Shown here: piece after piece, positions 49,789 through 59,663 of the stretch | Layout: the number at the start of each line of letters is the position of its first letter | Position numbering within the stretch: position 1 is the stretch's first letter | Assembly: GCA_051746405.1 (NCBI GenBank) | Contig: JBNJFB010000002.1 | Span: forward strand, 17,082-81,081 | Length of the DNA: 64,000 nucleotides | From: Campylobacterota bacterium | GTDB lineage: Bacteria; Campylobacterota; Campylobacteria; Campylobacterales; Arcobacteraceae | Reading direction: 5' to 3' | Translations under genes and position numbers: made by a program | The notes under the pieces: generated by a model | Database searches by the model: none | Seen by the model: only the letters and a program-made list of their open reading frames with translations | Told to the model about the DNA's origin: nothing

Positions 49789-50894
49789 TAACTTCCTTTA
49801 TATATGTGATATTGATTTCTTCCATTATCTTTTGATTTATATAAACACTTATCTGCAAGCTTATATAAATGATTAGATGAAATATGACTATTTGGTTCGT
49901 AAATAACTGCACCAATTGAGATTGAAACCACGTCTAGGATTTTACTATTTTTATGCTCAATTCCCAATTCAACAATCTTTTTATTTACTGTTTTTAATCT
50001 TTTATGTAAAATCTGCTCATCTATATCAAATAATATAACTCCAAACTCTTCTCCGCCTAATCTAAATACAAACTCATACTTTTCATTGAAATAGTCCTTA
50101 AGCAATAATGCTATTTTTTTTAAAGTCTCATCACCTAAATCATGACCATATGTGTCATTATACTGTTTGAAAAAATCTATATCTAGTATAATAAATGCAC
50201 ATTTCCAACTGTTTTCATTTGAAATAAAAGGCATATTATCAAATATCGTATCAAAATATTTTCTATTATAAAGTTTTGTCATTGAATCAGTAATAGAATC
50301 AATTTTATACTTCTTATTTAATATTCTTAGCTGTTTATCTTTTTTTACTAATAAATAAACAATAAAAACCATTAAGACAAATGCTGTAATAGTTATAAAA
50401 ATTATATTGTAAAATAAAAAATCTTTCATTTTAGTATATCTATCTATGAATTTATTTCTTTGTTTATAAGCCATTTGTGTTTCATAATCTATTAAATAAT
50501 CAATTTGCTTTAAAACATTTTTAAATAGATGAAGTTTATTATTTTGAAAACTCTGTTTTATTGATTTATCAATACTATCAACAACTTTTTGTTCCTCTTG
50601 TGTCTTATAAGAGTGAAAATAGTAGTTCCATTCATCCTCTATTATAGTTTTTTCTTTTTTTAAATCACAGTTATATCTAACTGTTCTACAAGATACGATA
50701 TCCCTAAAACTATCTTTTATGTTTTCTAACTTTACAACAGGTATGAAATTTCCAAAGTAGATATAGTCAATCTGTTTTTTTAACTTATCTATATGAGAAT
50801 TAAATAAATACGAAGCCGCAAAGATAGTAGTAACAACTACTAGTATAAGAATAATTAATTTGAAAGTGGTTGATTTAAAAAAAGTTTGCTTCAT
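49788..50894 (-). CDS. Membrane-bound diguanylate cyclase
   Basis: Two TMs flanking a periplasmic domain; DIDFFKQYNDTYGH and RLGGEEF. Confidence 0.92.
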   Translation of the reverse strand: MKQTFFKSTTFKLIILILVVVTTIFAASYLFNSHIDKLKKQIDYIYFGNFIPVVKLENIKDSFRDIVSCRTVRYNCDLKKEKTIIEDEWNYYFHSYKTQEEQKVVDSIDKSIKQSFQNNKLHLFKNVLKQIDYLIDYETQMAYKQRNKFIDRYTKMKDFLFYNIIFITITAFVLMVFIVYLLVKKDKQLRILNKKYKIDSITDSMTKLYNRKYFDTIFDNMPFISNENSWKCAFIILDIDFFKQYNDTYGHDLGDETLKKIALLLKDYFNEKYEFVFRLGGEEFGVILFDIDEQILHKRLKTVNKKIVELGIEHKNSKILDVVSISIGAVIYEPNSHISSNHLYKLADKCLYKSKDNGRNQYHIYKGS

Positions 50895-50943
50895 AAACTG
50901 ATTTTATCTAAAATTAGTTTAAAAGTTATTAGTTATTGTTTTT

Positions 50944-50983
50944 AATTAGCTTAATTTGTAAATTAAGCTAATTTTGCTAAAAT
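50944..50983. promoter_or_regulatory. 30-bp palindrome abutting an extended -10 box
   Basis: AATTAGCTTAATTT-GT-AAATTAAGCTAATT (50944-50973) followed by TGCTAAAAT (50975-50983), between divergent genes. Confidence 0.55.
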
Positions 50984-51007
50984 GATATATAAGAATTGAG
51001 GTGAATT

Positions 51008-51505
51008 ATGGAAGCTTTAGACGGTTATCAATCTGCTTCATCATTGTACCAGCAAATAGCTGCTAAGAAATCACAACTTGCAGCTATTGATAAAAAAGAG
51101 GATTTAAAATCATCATTTGAAAAAAATGATACAGTTGATATAAGTGGTAAAAATTATGATGAACAAGATTATCAAAGAGTTTTAGATAAATTTAAAAATC
51201 TTGATGCACAAACAAAAGCCCATGAGCAATTACACGCTTCCCTGGGGGATACAAAAGGTGCGATTTCTTACACATACCAAACAGGACCAGATGGAAAACT
51301 TTATGCAACAGGTGGTCATGTAAGAATGGATACATCAATTCCACAAGACCCACAAGCAGCAATTGCAAAGCTAGATAAACTAGCAAATGCAGCAAGTGCA
51401 CCAAGTGGTTTAAGTAGTGCTGATGCAGCTATTTCAAATGCTGCTAATTTAAATAAAATGCTACTTTTAAGTACTCAAGAAGGAGGACTTTATGCAAATC
51501 AATAA
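51008..51505 (+). CDS. SrpA-related putative metalloprotease
   Basis: HEQLH, YTYQTGPDGKLYATGGHV and AASAP..LSSAD. Confidence 0.8.
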   Translation: MEALDGYQSASSLYQQIAAKKSQLAAIDKKEDLKSSFEKNDTVDISGKNYDEQDYQRVLDKFKNLDAQTKAHEQLHASLGDTKGAISYTYQTGPDGKLYATGGHVRMDTSIPQDPQAAIAKLDKLANAASAPSGLSSADAAISNAANLNKMLLLSTQEGGLYANQ

Positions 51506-51743
51506 TAAAATGGATAATAACTTATATGCAATGGTTTCAGCTGAAGCACAAGTAGGAAATATGGCTTCAAATATAGCTAATGTTGCAAATACAGTGGGTG
51601 ATCCTAAAAATCAAGAAGTAACACAAGAGCTTATTGACTCTATAGTAGGACAAATTCCTGAAGTTGTTTCATACGAAGCAAATGCCCAAGGAATAGTAAC
51701 TCAACAAGAAGTTACCGATTCACTTTTAAATATAAAAGCTTAA
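51492..51743 (+). CDS. Small protein with flagellar rod/hook C-terminal-like helix
   Basis: AGGAGG RBS; C-terminus YEANAQGIVTQQEVTDSLLNIKA resembles the axial-protein C-terminal motif. Confidence 0.6.
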   Translation: MQINNKMDNNLYAMVSAEAQVGNMASNIANVANTVGDPKNQEVTQELIDSIVGQIPEVVSYEANAQGIVTQQEVTDSLLNIKA

Positions 51744-52234
51744 GAGTTTTGTTTAACAAAGCTCTTAAGCTGTTTTAACTGATTTTCATTAAATACTTTA
51801 ATACCATTTTCCTCAAGAAGTTTTGCAGTTAATCCTTGTCCTTTGATTAAATTGCTAGAAAATGTTCCATCATAAACTTCACTATTTCCACATGATGGAG
51901 ATTTTGATTTAAAAAGTGCTACTTTTATATTCTCATTTTGACATAACTCTAAACTATTTTTTGCACCCATTAGAAAGTTTACTGTTACATCTTCATTTAA
52001 TCTATTTACTACTTTAAAAGGTTTATTTGCACTTGTTATTTCAGCAGGTTGTCTTGGAATACCAAGACCCCCTGAAACCTCTGGACATATTGAAAAAATC
52101 TCATTCTCACATAATATATCCATAAATAGCTCTTTTTGAGAAAATGTAAAAGATGGCTCAAAGGCTATTGATGAGTTGCCACCATCATATCTTACATCTT
52201 CACCTAATAAACAAGCAGAGATTAGGATTTTCAT
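51740..52234 (-). CDS. DUF523 / TudS-family thiouracil desulfidase
   Basis: SACLLG..VRYDG, CPEVSGGLGIPR and KSKSPSCG (three Fe-S Cys). Confidence 0.88.
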   Translation of the reverse strand: MKILISACLLGEDVRYDGGNSSIAFEPSFTFSQKELFMDILCENEIFSICPEVSGGLGIPRQPAEITSANKPFKVVNRLNEDVTVNFLMGAKNSLELCQNENIKVALFKSKSPSCGNSEVYDGTFSSNLIKGQGLTAKLLEENGIKVFNENQLKQLKSFVKQNS

Positions 52235-52237
52235 ATA

Positions 52238-53017
52238 TTAATCTTCTTTATTTTCATTTTCAACTCTACTTAACTCTTCTTTATTAAAAAAAGTTGATAA
52301 CTGAATATTATTAAACGCAGCTTTCATTGAAACAAAAATATGTGGGTTATCTTCTTCTAGCTGTGCTAATAACTCTTTTGTTTTAGCTCTTGCATAAGGC
52401 ATTTTCACATCAAATCTAAGTCCAGGACAAGCTTCATCACCTATAACTTTTAACTCATTTCTCTGCGCAAATGCTCTTAACTGTCTCTCTCTTGTAAAGA
52501 TTAAAGGTCTAATAACTTCTAAACCATTTTCAGCTTTATAAATAGGTGGCATAGACCTCATAGTTCCATTATAAAAGAAGTTCATAAAAAAAGACTCCAT
52601 AGCATCATCTAAATGATGCCCTAAAGCTACCTTATTAAAACCTTGTTCTAAAGCTGTTGAGTATAAATACCCTCTTCTCATCCTTGAAAAAAACGAACAA
52701 AACGAAGAGTTTTTTCTAATTTTCTCCCCTGCTAGTTCAAAAATCTCAGTATCAACTATCTCGTGATCTATTCCATACTCTTTACAGTGATTTGCTAAAA
52801 ACTCAACTTGTTCACCCATACCATACGTAACAGTGACAGCTTTAAATTCAAAACTATAAGGTGCTTTTCTTTGTAAATGCTTTAATGCATGGATTAAAGT
52901 AGTTGAATCCTTACCCCCTGAAAATCCAACTAGTACTCTATCACCCTCTTTTATCAAGCCATATTCAGCATTTGTTTTTCCAACAAGTTTAGATATCTTT
53001 TTGCTTAGTTCTATCAA
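52238..53017 (-). CDS. ttcA: tRNA 2-thiocytidine synthase TtcA family
   Basis: SGGKDS PP-loop, CSFFSRMRRG, GHHLDD, IRPL and ACP. Confidence 0.85.
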   Translation of the reverse strand: MIELSKKISKLVGKTNAEYGLIKEGDRVLVGFSGGKDSTTLIHALKHLQRKAPYSFEFKAVTVTYGMGEQVEFLANHCKEYGIDHEIVDTEIFELAGEKIRKNSSFCSFFSRMRRGYLYSTALEQGFNKVALGHHLDDAMESFFMNFFYNGTMRSMPPIYKAENGLEVIRPLIFTRERQLRAFAQRNELKVIGDEACPGLRFDVKMPYARAKTKELLAQLEEDNPHIFVSMKAAFNNIQLSTFFNKEELSRVENENKED

Positions 53018-53166
53018 AATATATATCCTATCTAAAAAATTTTCGAAATTATATCCAAAAACTTCTCAAACTTTTGTATTAAGTTCAATAAACTCTCCAT
53101 TTTTTACTAACTTTTTAGATAAATATTATATAATTTCAAATTCAAAATCTAATAAATGGAATAAAA

Positions 53167-53367
53167 ATGACACAAGAAGAAGAACAAGAGTTTAGAGAAA
53201 AAATAGCAGAAACTATTTTGCCAATTGCAATAAATATGACTGAAGAACAAATCAGAAGTATTATAAAAACAGTAGAAGAGGAAAACCCTCAGTTACCACA
53301 AGGTTTTGGAAATATGTTGTTTCAACAAATAATAGTACATAAGTATAATCAAAACAGTATTAAATAA
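53167..53367 (+). CDS. Small hypothetical protein
   Basis: 66-aa ORF with a GGA RBS and native-looking composition. Confidence 0.6.
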   Translation: MTQEEEQEFREKIAETILPIAINMTEEQIRSIIKTVEEENPQLPQGFGNMLFQQIIVHKYNQNSIK

Positions 53368-53415
53368 TTTGCGTCATTATATATTCGCCCCTAACAAAAA
53401 TTTAAAGGCTTAAAA

Positions 53416-53733
53416 ATAAGAATAACAATCACAGTAAAAGAACTGAAAATATTACAAGAACTATGCAAAGATAATGGCAAAGCAGACCTTTATAAAAAAC
53501 TTCACCAAGAAGAAGAAAAATATCAAAAAAGCTTAACTGAAAAAAAAAGTAAAGCTACAAAAAAAGCTACAAAAGCTAGACAAGAAGTAGCAAAAAAGAA
53601 AATTGAAGCATCAGTAAATATGATGAGAATGTTTAGCCAAAAAATTACGGTATATTCAGTATCAAAAGAGGCACAAGTTAGCTACAACACTGCTTTAAAA
53701 TATAAAGAGTTTATAGAACAAAATGCTAAATAA
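53416..53733 (+). CDS. Unlisted 105-aa basic protein with C-terminal HTH; apparent ATA start
   Basis: Open frame IRITITVKELKILQELCK...KITVYSVSKEAQVSYNTALKYKEFIEQNAK* fills the gap before moeA. AAAGG RBS upstream of the ATA; in-frame stop at 53392-53394. Confidence 0.75.
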   Translation: MRITITVKELKILQELCKDNGKADLYKKLHQEEEKYQKSLTEKKSKATKKATKARQEVAKKKIEASVNMMRMFSQKITVYSVSKEAQVSYNTALKYKEFIEQNAK

Positions 53734-53761
53734 TATAAACAAAAATACTAAGGAGAGTAAA

Positions 53762-54982
53762 GTGAGAGATTTTATAAGTTATGAAAAATCATTAGAAATA
53801 TTAAATAGTATTGACCTATCTAAAAAAACTATTCAAAAAGAGTTTATTAGAAATGCTTTAGGAAAAGTTATTGCCAAAGATATAGTAGCAGACCACAACT
53901 CTCCTGCATATCCTACTTCAGCAATGGATGGTTACGCTATAAAATGTGAAGATCAAACATTAGAAAAAATTAAAATCATAGATAAAAACCCAGCTGGTAG
54001 TGTTGTAGAATCTGAAGTTATAAGTGGTGCTTGTATCAAAACATTTACAGGTTCGTTAATGCCAAAGGGAAGTGACACACTAATTCCAATTGAAAATGTT
54101 GAAGTAAAAGACGATGAAATCATCATAAAAAAAGAAGTTCCTTTTGGTTTTGCCACAAGAGCAGTAGGAGAGAACTATGCAAAAGATGAAGTTTTAATAA
54201 AAAAAGGAACAGTTGTAAGCTTTGCAGAAATTGGTGTATTAGCTTCACTTAATATCTCACAAATTCCAGTTATAACAAATCCTACTGTTGCAATTGCTAG
54301 TACAGGAAGTGAAATTTTAGATTTAGGTGAAACACAAATAAATGATTCTCAAATTAGAAGTTCAAATCATCTAACAATTGAAGCTTTATGTAAAAAAGCA
54401 GGGGCAAATACACTGCAAATGGGAATTGTAAAAGATGATATTGACTCTATTACAAACCTACTTGAAACCGCTCTTGAAAACTCAGATATAGTAGTTACTA
54501 CAGGTGGTGTGTCTGTTGGGGATTATGATTTTGTTCAAGATGTGATAAAAGATAAACTAGATGCAAAAGTTTTATTTCACGGAGTTACTATAAAACCTGG
54601 AATGCACTTACTAGCAGCAATTAAAGATGGTAAAATAATCATCGCACTTCCTGGTTTTGCTTACTCGTCAACTGTTTGTGCAATTTTATATATCTTGCCT
54701 TTAATCTACAGATTTAGAGGCTCAAATGAAAAACTCCCTATAGTAAAAGCTAGAATCAATGAAGATTTTAAAAGAAAAATGCCAAAAACAGTATTCACAG
54801 CTTGTAATGTAAAATATCAAGATGGAGAGTATAAAATAGATTTTGAGGGTAAAAAAAGAGGTACAAGTGCTATTCTAACAAATATGCTAGAAAGCCCTGC
54901 ACTTTTAATTCAAGAAGAAGATAGTGAAGATATAAAAGCTGGTGAGCTTGTAGATATATTACTTCTTAACGATTTGAAATAG
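53762..54982 (+). CDS. moeA: Molybdopterin molybdenumtransferase
   Basis: SAMDGYA, TGSE, TTGGVSVGDYD, KPG and LPG; GTG 53762 follows AGGAG. Confidence 0.95.
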   Translation: MRDFISYEKSLEILNSIDLSKKTIQKEFIRNALGKVIAKDIVADHNSPAYPTSAMDGYAIKCEDQTLEKIKIIDKNPAGSVVESEVISGACIKTFTGSLMPKGSDTLIPIENVEVKDDEIIIKKEVPFGFATRAVGENYAKDEVLIKKGTVVSFAEIGVLASLNISQIPVITNPTVAIASTGSEILDLGETQINDSQIRSSNHLTIEALCKKAGANTLQMGIVKDDIDSITNLLETALENSDIVVTTGGVSVGDYDFVQDVIKDKLDAKVLFHGVTIKPGMHLLAAIKDGKIIIALPGFAYSSTVCAILYILPLIYRFRGSNEKLPIVKARINEDFKRKMPKTVFTACNVKYQDGEYKIDFEGKKRGTSAILTNMLESPALLIQEEDSEDIKAGELVDILLLNDLK

Positions 54983-54992
54983 TTTTATAAAA

Positions 54993-56117
54993 TCAAGAGC
55001 AACAAGAGCTTTTCTCTTCTTGCTCTTTTTTTGTAAACCTACTTTTAAAAATATGATAAAAAATAAGTAATAACACTGCTAATGAAGCTAATGCTTCAAA
55101 AAGTGAACTAGACTCATCTTCAAGTGAGACTTTTAATATCTCTAACTCTTCAAAGAATATATCAAATGAAACTCCAAAGATTAAAGCTAAACTTGAAATA
55201 GTTGAAACATAAATTATCAGAGATTTTTTTCCAAGCAACTTATAAACTATACTCATAGTAACTGCACTAGTTGCAGGGCCTGCTGTTAGGAAAATAAAAG
55301 CAGCCCCTCCACTCATACCTTGTAGCATTAGTGCAGCTGCAATAGGTAAAGATGCAGTTGCACAAGTATATAAAGGTATTGCCAATAGTATAATTACTAT
55401 ATAGGTTAAAAACCTATTTTCAAAAAATAAGCTACTATACTCTTGTGGCATAAAAGTAATAAAAAGACTTCCTAAAATCAAACCAATAAGTAGTGCTTTT
55501 GCCATATCTTTAAAAAGTATTCCATAAGCGTATGTAAAAACTGCTTTAATAGAAAAACCCTCTTTTTTACTTGAACTACTACAACAACTTGAAGTAGAAC
55601 AGCAAGAAGACTCATCTTCTTTTGTCGTACTAAAAGTAGATGTTGGCTTTACAGTACTGAAGCTTTGGAAATTTATATTTTGTTTATTACTACTTTTACT
55701 CTCTTTTTTTTCAAAAATATTTTGAACAAGACCTACAATAATTGCAATTATTATAGATGATATAACTCTAAATGCAGTAAATACAAATCCAAATAAAGAA
55801 AATGTTGCCAATATAGAATCAACCCCTGTAATTGGCGTAGAGATTAAAAAGCTTTGAACAGAACCCTTACTAGCACCCTCTTTTCTTAAAGCTTGTGCTA
55901 AAGGAATAACCGAACATGAACAAACAGGCAGTGGTATCCCAAATAGTGTAGCTTTTATAACTGAACCTGTTGAGTCATTACCTAAATGAGATGATACAAA
56001 ATCATCAGGAATAATCTGTTTTAAAATCCCTGCTATAAACAGTCCTATTACTATATAAATAGAAAAAGCGTTAAGCAGTGTCAGAAAATTTTGTGCTAAT
56101 TGATTTAATAGTTCCAT
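54993..56117 (-). CDS. DUF318/ArsP-like permease (putative metal efflux)
   Basis: GIPLPVCSCSVIP, PLYTCATAS and FLTAGPAT; Cys-pair-rich loop and C-terminus. Confidence 0.85.
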   Translation of the reverse strand: MELLNQLAQNFLTLLNAFSIYIVIGLFIAGILKQIIPDDFVSSHLGNDSTGSVIKATLFGIPLPVCSCSVIPLAQALRKEGASKGSVQSFLISTPITGVDSILATFSLFGFVFTAFRVISSIIIAIIVGLVQNIFEKKESKSSNKQNINFQSFSTVKPTSTFSTTKEDESSCCSTSSCCSSSSKKEGFSIKAVFTYAYGILFKDMAKALLIGLILGSLFITFMPQEYSSLFFENRFLTYIVIILLAIPLYTCATASLPIAAALMLQGMSGGAAFIFLTAGPATSAVTMSIVYKLLGKKSLIIYVSTISSLALIFGVSFDIFFEELEILKVSLEDESSSLFEALASLAVLLLIFYHIFKSRFTKKEQEEKSSCCS

Positions 56118-56122
56118 AATAT

Positions 56123-57460
56123 CTACTCTTCTAATAAATTCTTTTCATCAATAATCTTTTTAGGTTTAACTCCTAAGTCAATAAACTCTTGAGATCTTCT
56201 AACTAAATTCCCCCTGCCACTTGATAGCTTTATAATTGCACTATCATAGGATTTTTGTGTTCTTGAAATATGGGTACCTATCTCATCCATATCTTTTACA
56301 AAACCTGCAAACTTATCATACATATCTGCAGCTTTTTTTGCTATTAATTGAGCATTTTCATTTTGGTGTTCATTTCGCCAAATATTCTCTATAGTTCTTA
56401 AAGTAACAAATAGAGTTGAAGGAGAAACTAACATAATATTATGATCAAATGCATACTTAAAAAGATTTTCATCCTCTAAGCTTGCCAATAAAAAAGCTTG
56501 CTCAATAGGAATAAATAAAAGTACAAAATCTAAACTTCTAACCTCTTTTATATCTTCATACTTTTTATTACTTAAACCTTTAATATGGGAAGTAATAGAT
56601 TTAAGTAACTCTTTTTTTGCATTATATTTTTTTGTTTCATTTTCACTATTAACATAATCAACATAGGCTTTTAAAGAGACTTTTGAGTCTATAATAATAT
56701 CTTTTTTTGATGGAAGATGAACTATAACATCAGGTCTTACACGTCTACCTTCCTCATTTGTAAAAGAGTCTTGTGTCGTATACTCAACTCCCTGCCTTAA
56801 GCCCGTTTGCTCCAAAATAGAAGACAAAATCATCTCACCCCAGTCACCTTGGATTTTATTATCACCTTTAAGTGCTTTTGTAAGATTTACTGCATCAGTT
56901 GAGATTTGCTGATTTAAATCTTTTAAATTCTTAATTTCAGTTAATAGTGTACTTCTTTGCTTTGTCTCTTCATTGTAAATATCATTTACCCTTTTTCCAA
57001 ATGAGTTTAACTGCTCTTTAAAAGGATTTAACATCTGAGTTATTGTAGAGTTTGACTTCTTTTGATTTTGTTCAAATATACTATTTGCCAAAGACTCAAA
57101 CTCTAGCTTCATTTGTTCTTTTGACTCTTTTAAAAGTTGAATTTTATCATTTAGTGAGTCCTCTTTTATTCTATACTCATTTTGAATACTCTCTATTCTT
57201 AACTCATAATTTTCTATTAGATTTTCTTGGGCTTGATTTGACTCTTTTTGAACAGACTTGATTTTATCTTCATAAAAAGTACTTGTAAACTCTACTTTTT
57301 CATTTAAACTTTTAAGTTTTAGCATAGCCTCTTCATATTGGCTACTAAGCATAGTTTCATATCTTTTTTTTATCAAATAAAAAATAGTAAAAAAACCCAT
57401 AACTACTACTAAAGAGCATAGTAGTAGTGTAAGTAAACTAACCTCAAAGGTATTAGTCAA
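56123..57460 (-). CDS. rmuC: DNA recombination protein RmuC
   Basis: N-terminal TM and coiled coil; QGDWGE, RPD, IDSKVSL and VSPSTL. Confidence 0.93.
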   Translation of the reverse strand: MTNTFEVSLLTLLLCSLVVVMGFFTIFYLIKKRYETMLSSQYEEAMLKLKSLNEKVEFTSTFYEDKIKSVQKESNQAQENLIENYELRIESIQNEYRIKEDSLNDKIQLLKESKEQMKLEFESLANSIFEQNQKKSNSTITQMLNPFKEQLNSFGKRVNDIYNEETKQRSTLLTEIKNLKDLNQQISTDAVNLTKALKGDNKIQGDWGEMILSSILEQTGLRQGVEYTTQDSFTNEEGRRVRPDVIVHLPSKKDIIIDSKVSLKAYVDYVNSENETKKYNAKKELLKSITSHIKGLSNKKYEDIKEVRSLDFVLLFIPIEQAFLLASLEDENLFKYAFDHNIMLVSPSTLFVTLRTIENIWRNEHQNENAQLIAKKAADMYDKFAGFVKDMDEIGTHISRTQKSYDSAIIKLSSGRGNLVRRSQEFIDLGVKPKKIIDEKNLLEE

Positions 57461-58697
57461 TCTTAAAATCCTCTCTTAGTGCATCTTGGGCATTTTCATG
57501 AACATCATACCCCAACTCTTTAAATCTTTCTACTAAAGGTGGATGTGAATAGTAGAAAAATACATAAATTGGATGAGATAGGGGAAATGATTTATTCTCG
57601 TTTGCTAATTTTAATAATGCACTTACTAAATCTTGCTTTGATTGAAGGTTTGAACCAAACTCATCTGCAGCATACTCATTGTGTCTTGAAATCAATGAGA
57701 TTAAAGGCATCAAGAAAAATGATAGTATAGGTGAAAACATCAAGAAAATTGTTATTATTGATGAAGCTTCAAAATCTAAAGACAATGACAAAAATAGCTC
57801 TTGTGGTAAGTTACCAAAGATAGCAAAAAACACAAACATAACAAGACCCATAATACCAATATTTTTCAAAATATCACCATTTTTAAAGTGTCCTAACTCA
57901 TGTCCTAGTACTGCTAAAAGTTCATTGTGTGTTAGTTTCTCTACTAATGTATCAAATAAAACAACTCTTTTTGTACTACCTAAACCACCAAAATATGCAT
58001 TTAGTCTGTTGTCTCTTTTACTTGCATCAACTGAAAAAACTCCTGAACTTTTAAAACCAACTTCATCAAGTAATTTTTCAATCTTACTTTCTAAGTCTTT
58101 GTCTTTTAATGGTTCAAATTTATCAAACATCTTATCTCTAACTAAAGGATAAACCATATTTATAGCTATAATAACAGCAAAAATAAACACAAATCCCCAA
58201 ATCCACCACAATGGAAAGTTATTTATAATAAGAGCAATTCCAGCTATAACAATTGAACCAAATACTAAGAAAAGTACTCCACTTTTTAATGTATCTTTGA
58301 TAAAAAGAGAACTTGTCATATTTGAAAAACCATATTTTTTATCTAGTTTAAAAGTTTTATATAACTCAAAAGGTAGAGTCAAAACCCAATTTATAATAAT
58401 AAAAGCATCAACAAAAACTATAGCTTTTATCCATGTGGAATCAATAGTTACTATAGAGTCTAAAAAAGCTAAACCAAAACCAATCCATAGGAAAAATATC
58501 AAAAAATCATAAAGTGATGATGCTATAGATACTCTCTCTTTTTCTATAGCATAATTTGCAGCCTCATGATATCCCTTACTATCTAAAATGATAGGTTGCT
58601 GTTTCATTGCATTTTTTACATAACCAACTTGCATAATAGATGTATATATATTTAAAACAAAATATAGGCAATAAGCCATTATAAATATCTCTAACAA
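57453..58697 (-). CDS. M48 (Ste24-like) membrane metallopeptidase
   Basis: NAYFGG, HELGH, EYAAD and YSHPP. Confidence 0.92.
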   Translation of the reverse strand: MLEIFIMAYCLYFVLNIYTSIMQVGYVKNAMKQQPIILDSKGYHEAANYAIEKERVSIASSLYDFLIFFLWIGFGLAFLDSIVTIDSTWIKAIVFVDAFIIINWVLTLPFELYKTFKLDKKYGFSNMTSSLFIKDTLKSGVLFLVFGSIVIAGIALIINNFPLWWIWGFVFIFAVIIAINMVYPLVRDKMFDKFEPLKDKDLESKIEKLLDEVGFKSSGVFSVDASKRDNRLNAYFGGLGSTKRVVLFDTLVEKLTHNELLAVLGHELGHFKNGDILKNIGIMGLVMFVFFAIFGNLPQELFLSLSLDFEASSIITIFLMFSPILSFFLMPLISLISRHNEYAADEFGSNLQSKQDLVSALLKLANENKSFPLSHPIYVFFYYSHPPLVERFKELGYDVHENAQDALREDFKID

Positions 58698-58757
58698 TTA
58701 TAATCCTTCTTCTTAATAATATGTGGTATATTACTGTTTTATTGCTTTGATTTTAGT

Positions 58758-59264
58758 TTAAAAATTTTCAATAAATTTTTTTGATTTTTGAATGATTTTA
58801 TTATCATTTGTAAATAAAACAACCTCATAATTATCTTTAAATGAATCCTTAGTCCAGTTTGTACTACCTAAAAGTAAAACTTTCTCATCAAAAATAGCTA
58901 TTTTAGTATGTAACTTTTTATTAGCAATAATAGTTTTAATACCTCTTTTTTTAAGCATTTTATAAATATCATCATCTTTTTGGACTTTAGATTTATCAAA
59001 GATAACTCTAATATCAATACCCTCTTTGGATTTTTCAACTAACTCTTTAGCAAACTTTTTATATGAGAAGTTATACATAGAGATATAAATACTCTTTTTT
59101 GACTCTTTTATCAAATCTATGATTCTATCTTTTGTTTTATCTGCATGTTTTGGTAAAAAGTATATTTCATTTCTATCTTTTAATAAAAAAGCATCCTTTG
59201 AAAATGCAAAACTACTTACAATTACCAACAAAACCAACAGTTTTAAAAATATGCTATTTTTCAT
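58758..59264 (-). CDS. Secreted single-HKD phospholipase D / Nuc-like protein
   Basis: Signal peptide; LHTKIAIFD...GSTNWT...NYE. Confidence 0.85.
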   Translation of the reverse strand: MKNSIFLKLLVLLVIVSSFAFSKDAFLLKDRNEIYFLPKHADKTKDRIIDLIKESKKSIYISMYNFSYKKFAKELVEKSKEGIDIRVIFDKSKVQKDDDIYKMLKKRGIKTIIANKKLHTKIAIFDEKVLLLGSTNWTKDSFKDNYEVVLFTNDNKIIQKSKKFIENF

Positions 59265-59622
59265 CTAAAACCTCAAATAACTCTTTTGGTATTTTAGCAG
59301 GTTTAAAAGCTTTTAAATATGCTAATTTAAATGAACCCTTAAATAAAACCTCCCCATCTCTTAAAACCTCTTGATACATCACAACAGATGCAGCCTTTTT
59401 TTGTGTAAGCTTACAAGTTACAACTAAATCATCACCAAAAACAGCAGGCTTTATATAATCACCCTCAACTTTCTTAACCACAAAAAACTCATTCTCACTA
59501 TGTGGAGATAAACCCTTTTTGAAAAAAAGCTCAGACCTAGCTCTTTCACAAAATTTTAAATAGTTGGCATAATAAACAACCCCACCAACATCTGTGTCCT
59601 CATAATAGACTTTTATTTTCAT
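59254..59622 (-). CDS. ybgC: YbgC-family acyl-CoA thioesterase
   Basis: VYYEDTDVGGVVYYANYLKFCERAR. Confidence 0.9.
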   Translation of the reverse strand: MKIKVYYEDTDVGGVVYYANYLKFCERARSELFFKKGLSPHSENEFFVVKKVEGDYIKPAVFGDDLVVTCKLTQKKAASVVMYQEVLRDGEVLFKGSFKLAYLKAFKPAKIPKELFEVLDEK

Positions 59623-59663
59623 TTTATAAACCCTTGTTTGTCATTGTTTTTTGTTATCATTTC

